In this document: positions 26,762-33,738 of the stretch, one piece after another
Numbering within the stretch: position 1 is the stretch's first letter
How the letters are laid out: the number at the start of each line of letters is the position of its first letter
Assembly: GCA_050999735.1 (NCBI GenBank)
Contig: JBPCPB010000296.1
Location: 1 to 36,350 of the forward strand
Direction: 5' to 3'
DNA length: 36,350 nucleotides
From: Thermomicrobiales bacterium
Lineage (GTDB): Bacteria > Chloroflexota > Chloroflexia > Thermomicrobiales > JALYUS01
Translations under genes and position numbers: made by a program
Notes under the pieces: model-generated
Database searches by the model: none
Told to the model about the DNA's origin: nothing
The model's input: only the letters and a program-made list of their open reading frames with translations

Positions 26762-27187
26762 TTAGCCATTCGGTGCATACACGACGAGGGCAAGTTTGGT
26801 CTCTGGTGCGAGTGGCATCCCCGGCCCCAGTGGAGTCCTGGTGTCGCGTTCGACGACCATGGCAACCCGATCCGGCGTTGCTGTCCCGACAAAGGGGGGC
26901 CGGGTTGCGTAATTGGTCACTTCCACGTCCACGAAGCCGCGTCGGATAAGCGCGTCTCGTGCCGCATCGCCACCCAGCCCGATGACATTCGGCAGTGGGA
27001 TCGTCGGGTGACCGGGGATCCTCGTGATCGGCAAGGGAGTAAGGGCAACGACCCTGCTTCGGGCAGTGTCGGTTGGCGTTGCGGTGCGTGTGGATGCTGG
27101 GGCAAGCCGCCCCACGCCGTAGCCGACGAGCAGGAGCGCGATGCCCATACATACGAGGCAGGGGATGCGCGCACGCGGGCTACTCAT
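26762..27187 (-). CDS. Membrane-anchored single-PASTA-domain protein
   Basis: ATG 27187 with GGAGGGAG 8 nt upstream. It has an N-terminal TM (IPCLVCMGIALLLVGYGVG). The PASTA-like segment is PLPNVIGLGGDAARDALIRRGFVDVEV...LALVVYA. TAA stop. Confidence 0.75.
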   Translation of the reverse strand: MSSPRARIPCLVCMGIALLLVGYGVGRLAPASTRTATPTDTARSRVVALTPLPITRIPGHPTIPLPNVIGLGGDAARDALIRRGFVDVEVTNYATRPPFVGTATPDRVAMVVERDTRTPLGPGMPLAPETKLALVVYAPNG

Positions 27188-27233
27188 CGCCTTTACTCCC
27201 TCCGTACCGGGAAACCGATCCCATCCCGCCTGC

Positions 27234-27866
27234 TCATGCCTGGCGTTTCCGCCCCAACGCGTAACCACCGGTCGCCGCGACGACGATGCCAAGGCTCAGT
27301 ATCGCGATTGGCCACGCGGGATAGACCGTCCGCGTGAGCACGGCGGCGGTATCTGCCTAGGGGATTGCCGTCGCTCCCGTTCCCGCAGCCCCGGTCGTCC
27401 CCCGTGCGATGGCGACCGTGCCGGGCGAGTTGCCCGGGAGATCAATCCCCTGCTGGGCGAGGATGCGCCGCATCGTCTCATCGCCGATCGGCGAGACGCG
27501 ATACCAGTGATCGTCGTACGCCGACGCGCCGTTGACGAGGCCGATGTAATGGACGTAGCTGACCGCTTGATTCAACCCGGGATAGTAGCGTGCACGGTCG
27601 AAGGTACCGCGCTGCACGTCGTAGCCGACGCCAAGCGTGACTGGTGCAGCGATCGGCTGCGTCGGATCCATCAAGGTTGCGATGCCGAGCGCGGGCAAGG
27701 CAAGCGGATCGGTGACGATGATCGGTTTCGGCAGCCCCGGGCCACTGATCGTCACCTCGGTCGCCTGCCCGCCTGCGGCAATTGCCTCCGGCACAAACCC
27801 ACCGAGCATGAGCAAGAGGCTGAACATGCCGCCGAAACGCGCCAATGCGAGCCATCGCTGCCGCAT
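27234..27866 (-). pseudogene. Signal-peptide / C-tail-anchored protein (paralog of 27996..28622) with an in-frame TAG at 27357-27359
   Basis: ATG 27866 (GGAAGGAG upstream). The strict ORF ends at TAG 27357. The same frame continues for 40 codons, ADTAAVLTRTVYPAWPIAILSLGIVVAATGGYALGRKRQA, then TGA at 27234. This is the TM anchor plus basic tail found at the C-terminus of the paralog. Confidence 0.6.
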
Positions 27867-27995
27867 CCTGTTTGCTCCTTCCCGTTGATTTGACTCGTTG
27901 CGATCCAACATACCATGCCGCGCGCACTCCGCCGCTGGCGATTAACGACGATCGCAAGCGAGAAGTGGGACATTGTGCGCTCCCTTCCTTTGCTC

Positions 27996-28622
27996 CTACC
28001 CCGGCGCCGTTCGGTGTGCCCGTGTGTCCCGCGACAACGCGCGCTTCGGGATGACGCGCGCGACACACAGCCCTACTGCTAATCCGACGATTCCGGTGAG
28101 CGGCAGCAGCCAGCGGGGCCATGGCGCGTCCGCGCGGTCGGTCGCATTGACGGGCGCGGTCGCTTCCTGTGCGAGGTGGACGAGATTGGGATAGTCGCCG
28201 GGCACCGCGATGCCGCGCATCGCCAGGGCGGTGCGGAAGACCAGATCGCCGCTACAGGTCGCGCGATACCAGTGGTTGTCGAATTCCGTGCCGATCTGCC
28301 CTGGATCACCGATGGAGAAAACGGCCCCACAGCTCCCGCCCGGACTGGGATAGAAACGGACGCGCTCCCCGCCATCGCGCGTCATCTCATAGGCAAGGGC
28401 ATTGCCTGCGGGCGGGGTGATGATCCTGGTGGAGTCCATGAAGCCGACAATGCCGAGCGTGGGCAGCGCCAGCGGGTTCGTCTCGCGGATCGGCGTCGCG
28501 ATGCCCGGCCCGGTGATCTCCACCTCCGTCGGCACTCCCTTCGCCAAGGCGGCCGAAGAAAAGAGCAGGAGAGCAAAGAGACCGAGGCTCATGCCGTAGA
28601 TGCGGGAAGAACGACTGATCAT
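27996..28622 (-). CDS. Signal-peptide / C-tail-anchored hypothetical protein (family member 1)
   Basis: ATG 28622 overlaps the AAA+ stop (ATGA at 28619-28622). The signal peptide ends ...SSAALA-KG. It has a roughly 130-aa domain and a C-terminal TM (WLLPLTGIVGLAVGLCVA) followed by basic residues. Confidence 0.8.
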   Translation of the reverse strand: MISRSSRIYGMSLGLFALLLFSSAALAKGVPTEVEITGPGIATPIRETNPLALPTLGIVGFMDSTRIITPPAGNALAYEMTRDGGERVRFYPSPGGSCGAVFSIGDPGQIGTEFDNHWYRATCSGDLVFRTALAMRGIAVPGDYPNLVHLAQEATAPVNATDRADAPWPRWLLPLTGIVGLAVGLCVARVIPKRALSRDTRAHRTAPG

Positions 28623-30127
28623 CCTTCGTCTCCTTGCTGCACCGTCCGCGTCGTGACCACGGGGAAGCCTGTCGGCGCCATGGGCCGCGAAGGATGTGGC
28701 GCACCGACATGGTCCGCCGGTTCCTGCGCCGGGCGGAGGCCGAGGAGGCGCTGCGCGAGTTGGCCGCCTTCCTGCAATTCGGCCAGAGCGGCCTGCAGAT
28801 GCGCTCCCGTCACCACCATCTCCGCCCCTGCCATCGCGGCGAGCACCGTTGCCTTGCGCAGCAACTCTTTGATGTATGCGGGGCTTGCGCCTTCGGTCCG
28901 CGCGACGAGTGTGGCGGGTTCGACATCCCGCAATGTCAATCCCCGGGCGTAGAGCTCCAGCAACCGGCGTCGGCCCTCGGCATCCGGGAGCGGCAACTCG
29001 ACGGCCAGATCAATCCGTCCGGGGCGCGCGGCAAGCGTGGGTTCGAGGATGTCCACGCGGTTCGTGGTGAGCGCGAAGATGACGTCGCAGTCGTCGCGCA
29101 GGCCGTCCATCTCATTCAAGAGCTCGAAGAGCAGCGGACCGGTGCGCCCGAACGGCTGGCCGCGCTCCTCAGCGATCAGGTCCACATCCTCCAACACGAC
29201 CATCGCGGGCGCGAGGATGCGCGCCATCTGCACGACGGTCTGCAACAGCCCCATGCCGCGCCCGGTGGTGAGCAATACCGTCCGGTCCGGCATCCGGCCA
29301 ACCAGATACATCACCGTCAGCGTCTTACCAACACCAGGCGGGCCGTACAGCAGCAGGCCGCGCTTGAGCGAGCGCCCGGCCGCCAGCAGGCGCGCGGATT
29401 GCTCGGCGAAGCCAACCGTCTGTCGCTCGATCCGCTCCAGCAGCCCCGACGGCAACACAACATCCGCGCGGGCGACGGGTGGTAGGGCGTGGAAGGCGAT
29501 CAACGTCTGCGGGCCGGGGCCGAGCTGAGCCTGACCAAGCGAGATGACGTGCCCGCGATAGACATTCAGCCGCCGCATGCCGTCGAGCAGTGCGGTCAGA
29601 AAGGCCTGTCCATCTTCCGGCTTCGCGGCCAGCACCTCGATCCGCACCTTCATGCGCGGGCCACCCCGATCGGAGGGGCCAGTTACGAAGATAACCAGGT
29701 GTGCATCGCTATCCTCGACGAGATAGAGGCCGTACTGAACACAGGCGAGCACGCGGTCGTCGGCGAGATGGACGTTGACGTAGTCCACCGGCCCCTCGGC
29801 CAGCACCGGGCGACCGATGCCGCCAACGCGGCTCACGAGGTCGGAGAGGCTGAGGGCCATGAAGCGCTTGTTGTCCATCGCCACACCGACGAGCGCGGCG
29901 CGCCGCCTCGCGCCGCTCAGATAGTCGTCCAGCGCCACCTGAACGTTGGGGTGCTCGAAGGAATCGAACTCCTCCGCGATCACGGGCAGCTGGGTCGGGT
30001 CGCTGCCGAGATGCGCCTGAATCCGCTCGAGCAGCGGGCTGCGCGGCGGCGAGGATTCCGCGACGACGGCGTCCATGAATGCCTTAAAGGCGGTGCCGAA
30101 GCGGGCGGGCGAGAAATCATCAACCAT
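28619..30127 (-). CDS. AAA+ ATPase (classical clade) with a roughly 250-aa uncharacterised N-terminal domain
   Basis: ATG 30127 (GAGGAGG 8 nt upstream). Walker A is LLYGPPGVGKT and Walker B is MVVLEDVD. The second region of homology is TTNRVDILEPTLAARPGRID, and there is a C-terminal helical lid (GASPAYIKELLRKA). Confidence 0.88.
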   Translation of the reverse strand: MVDDFSPARFGTAFKAFMDAVVAESSPPRSPLLERIQAHLGSDPTQLPVIAEEFDSFEHPNVQVALDDYLSGARRRAALVGVAMDNKRFMALSLSDLVSRVGGIGRPVLAEGPVDYVNVHLADDRVLACVQYGLYLVEDSDAHLVIFVTGPSDRGGPRMKVRIEVLAAKPEDGQAFLTALLDGMRRLNVYRGHVISLGQAQLGPGPQTLIAFHALPPVARADVVLPSGLLERIERQTVGFAEQSARLLAAGRSLKRGLLLYGPPGVGKTLTVMYLVGRMPDRTVLLTTGRGMGLLQTVVQMARILAPAMVVLEDVDLIAEERGQPFGRTGPLLFELLNEMDGLRDDCDVIFALTTNRVDILEPTLAARPGRIDLAVELPLPDAEGRRRLLELYARGLTLRDVEPATLVARTEGASPAYIKELLRKATVLAAMAGAEMVVTGAHLQAALAELQEGGQLAQRLLGLRPAQEPADHVGAPHPSRPMAPTGFPVVTTRTVQQGDEG

Positions 30128-30207
30128 CAGCGAAACCTCCTCTGCGGGCGCGCAGGTGCACATACTCCATAGAACGAATGGACCCACCTTCAACCGGACA
30201 GATCGCG

Positions 30208-30984
30208 CTACGGGACCGACGCCAGCACCGCTGCGAGAGTGGTTGCATCCAGCCCGTCGCGCCGGTCGCCCGATGCGATGAGGACGAGATCGGGCCGCTC
30301 CACGACGAGCCGCCCCAGCTGCAACGGCGGGCCGCCGTCCGCCGGGCGCGCCCCCTCGGCCGCCTGGTCAATGTAGACCGCGTGGTACCCGCCGACCATC
30401 ATCTCGCGCGTCGCGCCCGGCGGCGCAGTGAGTGTGCTGCCGCCAGCCGCCTGGTAGGTGAGCGCGAGCGGCTGATTTGCGCCGGGGCGGTGGTACATGA
30501 CGAAGACCTGGCTAGGCGGCATGCCGGGGTCGGGCTGGAAGACCGTGATGTCCGCAAGGGTGAAGCCGGACGGCACCGATTGCGGCAGCGCCACGGGGAA
30601 GGAGACGAGTTGACGCGCCTCGGCGAGGCCGACGTGCCGGATCGGGCCGCCGCCCGGACCCGGTGTGGTGATGACGGCGCGCGGCGCGCCGGATTGACCG
30701 GGCGGTGGCGCCTCGCGCACGACGATCCCCCGGAACCAGCTTCCCGCCGCGGACAGCGCGCCCGGCGCGACGACGAGCGCACCGAGCAGGCCGATGCCGA
30801 GCACGACCGCCAGCGTGATACCAACACGCCTGAATGCCGCGCGCGGGGGCCGTTCCGTGATCCGTCGCAGCACGGGCTGCACGACATCGAAGCGGGGTTC
30901 GCGCTCGCGCAGTCGCGCCAACAGTTGCTCCACGTCATCGGCCGCCGATTGTCGGGCTGCGGGATCGTCTTCTTCGGGTCTCAT
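30208..30984 (-). CDS. Anti-sigma-factor-like membrane protein with extracytoplasmic DUF4367-like domain
   Basis: ATG 30984 overlaps the sigma gene stop (ATGA). It has a short cytoplasmic N-terminus and a single TM (VGITLAVVLGIGLLGALVV). The C-terminal domain ends ...LDATTLAAVLASV, like the DUF4367 units of 22413..24545. There is no HxxxCxxC zinc motif. Confidence 0.75.
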   Translation of the reverse strand: MRPEEDDPAARQSAADDVEQLLARLREREPRFDVVQPVLRRITERPPRAAFRRVGITLAVVLGIGLLGALVVAPGALSAAGSWFRGIVVREAPPPGQSGAPRAVITTPGPGGGPIRHVGLAEARQLVSFPVALPQSVPSGFTLADITVFQPDPGMPPSQVFVMYHRPGANQPLALTYQAAGGSTLTAPPGATREMMVGGYHAVYIDQAAEGARPADGGPPLQLGRLVVERPDLVLIASGDRRDGLDATTLAAVLASVP

Positions 30985-31529
30985 GGCATAACTACTTCGT
31001 CGAGTGCCGCATATACCTGGCGGAAATGTTCCTTCGCCCGCGTGAAGCGCTTGCGAATCGCCTCAGAACTGCCGCCAAGCATCGCCGCAGCCTCCGGGTA
31101 GGATACCCCTTCCAAGCCGCATAGGAGCAGCACCGCACGTTCGTCGGGGCGCAGGCGCGCGAGCGTCTGCCGCACGAGGTCACATTCCTCCACCGAGCCG
31201 GGCGGATCGGCAGAGACAACCCGGTCAATGCCGTGCAGCGAGACCCAGGCGATGCGGCGACGGCGGCGCAGGTGGTCGTAAGCGAGGTTGGTGGCGATGC
31301 GGTAGAGCCACGGCTTGAAGTGCAGCCCCGGTCGGGTGCGTCCGAGCGCATCATACGCGCGCACAAATGCCTCCTGCGCGAGATCGAACGCCACCTCACG
31401 GTCACCGATCAGGCGGAAGAGATAGCCGCCGATCGCCTGCTGGTAGCGCGTCACCAGCGTAGCGAACGCGGTATGATCCCCTGCCCGCGCCTCTTCGACC
31501 AGTTCCTCGTCCGCCCGACCTTCACTCAC
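30981..31529 (-). CDS. ECF-type RNA polymerase sigma-70 family factor
   Basis: Region 2 is FATLVTRYQQAIGGYLFRLIGDREVAFDLAQEAFVRAY...WLYRIATNLAYDHLRRR. Region 4 HTH is LLLCGLEGVSYPEAAAMLGGSSEAIRKRFTRA. GTG start at 31529 with AGGTGG 7 nt upstream. Confidence 0.9.
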   Translation of the reverse strand: MSEGRADEELVEEARAGDHTAFATLVTRYQQAIGGYLFRLIGDREVAFDLAQEAFVRAYDALGRTRPGLHFKPWLYRIATNLAYDHLRRRRRIAWVSLHGIDRVVSADPPGSVEECDLVRQTLARLRPDERAVLLLCGLEGVSYPEAAAMLGGSSEAIRKRFTRAKEHFRQVYAALDEVVMP

Positions 31530-31680
31530 CCATACGCCACCTATCTTCTAAAACGAACGCAACGACGGAAAGCGGACACTCCCCGCCATATGTACCCTGG
31601 CAAGCGCGGAGGCAACCGTTTCCCCTCTCGTCACCGGCGCCACCCACATCTAGAGAAGATACACTCCCGCCGCCACTTTC

Positions 31681-32001
31681 GTGCAGTTCCACTTCCATTT
31701 CTACCCCGCGCCCTTCGCGTCACGCGAGGCGCAATTGCTCCAGCAGCGCGCGCGCAACGAGCTCCGGCGATTGCATGAGTTGGTGATCGCCATCAAGGAC
31801 GACCCGAAGTTCGAGCACGCGTGGGATGACACTCCGGCAGGGATGCCGCGCTCGCGCGAGGAGAATGTCGGAGCAATCAGGGGGTGCAATCTTGCATTTG
31901 AGGATTTCGCAACGCGCATTGCCCTCCTCACGCACGATGAGGTTGCGGCGATCAACAATGAGTACGCGATCAAGCGTCCCGACCTGTTTCGCCCTGACTG
32001 A
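31681..32001 (+). CDS. Hypothetical protein (weak call)
   Basis: Only the + frame looks protein-like and has high GC3. GTG start without a recognisable SD. No family recognised. Divergent from the sigma gene. Confidence 0.35.
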   Translation: MQFHFHFYPAPFASREAQLLQQRARNELRRLHELVIAIKDDPKFEHAWDDTPAGMPRSREENVGAIRGCNLAFEDFATRIALLTHDEVAAINNEYAIKRPDLFRPD

Positions 32002-32123
32002 TCTCCGCACGCCACGCCATCGCAGGGGATCGCGTCGCGGAAGGTATCACGCAGCCCAATCACACTGCCTGGTTCGGCACGACGTTTTTGCGGGTCGTCG
32101 TTCTCGCCGTGTCAACGACAACA

Positions 32124-32455
32124 TTACCGCACTGATGCCACGATCTGCCGGAGTTGATCGGGCCTGAAGCGCGGGTGGCTGGACGGGCCGAACGAGTTAG
32201 TCGTCGGGGGGACATCATACGGGTTCGTCAGCGTCAGGAAGATCTCGCCCTGCGCCCACGCGAGCGTCACCCAGTCATCGCCGCGCTTCACGATCGTCAC
32301 ATTGCGGCCTCCAATCGTCTCATGTACTGCTCCGGTAGGTCCGTGGGTCGGAGGATTGTGAAGGCAGGCGCGGGGATGGCGGTCGCGGTCGGGCGGGAAG
32401 GGGGAATAGTCGTCGGGCCTGACTCCGCCGTCTCGGACATCGAGGCGGGGATGCA
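32124..32455 (-). pseudogene. Decayed copy of the 3' end of the LolA/DUF4367 gene (paralog of 22413..22700)
   Basis: ...HETIGGRNVTIVKRGDDWVTLAWAQGEIFLTLTNP...PDQLRQIVASVR aligns with ...HEMIGGHDVTIVRRGEEWVSLSWAQGDVALTLTNP...PDQLRRIVASVQ. The upstream piece IPASMSETAESGPTTIPPSRPTATAIPAPAFTILRPTDLPE matches the parent but lies in another frame. About 50 codons are deleted in between. Confidence 0.7.
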
Positions 32456-32457
32456 CC

Positions 32458-32502
32458 TAAAAGCCGGTCGGTCGGTGCTCGCTGTCGCTCTGCCGGCTTT
32501 TA
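32458..32502. repeat. Perfect 10-bp inverted repeat TAAAAGCCGG-N25-CCGGCTTTTA at the truncation boundary of the pseudogene
   Basis: Read directly: 32458-32467 and 32493-32502 are reverse complements. A lower-GC stretch follows. Confidence 0.6.
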
Positions 32503-32623
32503 GATGCATCCTCAGAGTACTATTATTCGCTCTACGGATGCAACCATCGCTCGCGCGGGCTATACTTTTCCGGCAAGCGGTCGCGGCGAGCACGTAGCTG
32601 ATCTACGCCAGAGGAGGCTTCCA

Positions 32624-32839
32624 ATGCACGGAGAGTCGCAGCGTTCCCCATCACAATGGGGCACGGTCGGCGTGTTCTGGGTGGCGGTCCTCGCCGCCTT
32701 TCTCCTCTTCGGGGTCGGGGGTGGCGCACTCCATCTGGCGCCCGTTGTTGCGGGGATCCCCGCCTTCGGCCTAGTGGCCGTTGTATTCATTTATGTCATG
32801 CGCAAACAAGGGAGTGACGCGATCAAACCCGGGCCATAG
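32624..32839 (+). CDS. Small two-TM membrane protein (71 aa)
   Basis: ATG 32624 is preceded by GAGGAGG (32611-32617). It has two hydrophobic helices (VGVFWVAVLAAFLLFGV; IPAFGLVAVVFIYVM). A TATACT -10-like hexamer lies at 32561-32566. Confidence 0.6.
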   Translation: MHGESQRSPSQWGTVGVFWVAVLAAFLLFGVGGGALHLAPVVAGIPAFGLVAVVFIYVMRKQGSDAIKPGP

Positions 32840-33021
32840 CGAACAGCGGACCAGGCACGGAGGCAAGCACTCGTCGAGGAACTATGGCAGGCTTGATGTC
32901 AACAATCTGAGGGACGCCTCGCCATATGATCTGAGGCGGGCTTGCACCGGCGACGTTTGCACCTCTCCCGCTGCAGAGACATCGACGGATTCTGTGAGCG
33001 CTGAGGGTACTGCCTGATTAA

Positions 33022-33050
33022 GGGAACCGGTTTGACTCCTCCGGTGTATA
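33022..33050 (+). promoter_or_regulatory. Candidate ECF-type promoter GGGAACCG-N15-TGTATA upstream of 33088..33738
   Basis: GGGAAC (33022-33027), 17 nt, TGTATA (33045-33050), 38 nt before ATG 33088. The architecture is identical to 25982..25954 on the minus strand. Confidence 0.4.
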
Positions 33051-33087
33051 ACGAGGTGAATCACCTTGCGATTGAGGAGGCCGCGCC

Positions 33088-33738
33088 ATGTGCCGCTCGC
33101 TTCGTGGGTTCCCACTCTTCGCCGCTATCCTCGAGGGTACGCTCGCCCTCCTGCTTGGTACGCCGGTCGCTGCCGCTGCTCCACGCTACATCATCGCCTC
33201 AGGCGCCCTCTTGCCACAACCGATCGTCCTGGACGATTGGCAAGAAAACCTCGCCCTCATGGGCGCAACGGTCGAGGATCCTCCCCCACCCACCGTCAGC
33301 GATGCGGATCTCGCGGCCCGTCCGTCAGTCGATCTTGCCCTGTTTTGGGATGCCACGATCTGGGAACCACTTGTCCTGCAACATGGATTGAGCAGTTTGC
33401 AGCCGCAAGATGCGAATCAACATGCACGGTTCTATCCCGCCATCGGTGCGAATGCACCGCTCTTTGTTGGCATGGCGGATGGGGTGTTCGGTCCCCACCG
33501 GATCGGTGTGCGCGGTCTTGCCGTGCTCGCACGGCACGGCGTGCCGACCCGCGTGGAACCCGTGTCCACGCCGGGAGGAGCGATACTCCCACTGACGGGG
33601 AGGGGGACGAGCAGTCACGGATGGCCAGCGACCCGCCTGCTCGTCGCGGTGATGATCGGCATGCTGTTGATCGTTGGTGGCCTGAGCTGCTTGCGGCACC
33701 GATGGCGACCAACTTTTCACCACACTGTCCGAGTATGA
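33088..33738 (+). CDS. Signal-peptide / C-tail-anchored hypothetical protein (family member 3)
   Basis: GAGGAGG lies 7 nt before ATG 33088. It has a signal peptide (...LLLGTPVAAAA), shared landmarks with 27996..28622 (I.(S/T)G.(A/G)(L/I)..PI, RFYP, a GxxV tail) and a C-terminal TM (LLVAVMIGMLLIVGGLSCL) followed by basic residues. Confidence 0.75.
   Translation: MCRSLRGFPLFAAILEGTLALLLGTPVAAAAPRYIIASGALLPQPIVLDDWQENLALMGATVEDPPPPTVSDADLAARPSVDLALFWDATIWEPLVLQHGLSSLQPQDANQHARFYPAIGANAPLFVGMADGVFGPHRIGVRGLAVLARHGVPTRVEPVSTPGGAILPLTGRGTSSHGWPATRLLVAVMIGMLLIVGGLSCLRHRWRPTFHHTVRV

Noticed and set aside
26518-26892. Upstream extension of the Clp_N ORF (26002..26892), and likewise of 11493..12632, 12544..13905 and 26762..27292.
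   Set aside because: The extensions overlap upstream genes or structured spacer, look non-protein-like, and internal starts with good SD sequences fit the operon spacing.
31591-31626. ECF-type autoregulatory promoter upstream of the sigma gene. The minus strand reads GGGAAAC at 31624..31618, followed later by GTACAT.
   Set aside because: The -35-like element has an extra A, and the spacer to any TGTA/GTA element is 22 nt rather than 17. It does not match the motif found at 25982 and 33022. No supported call is made.
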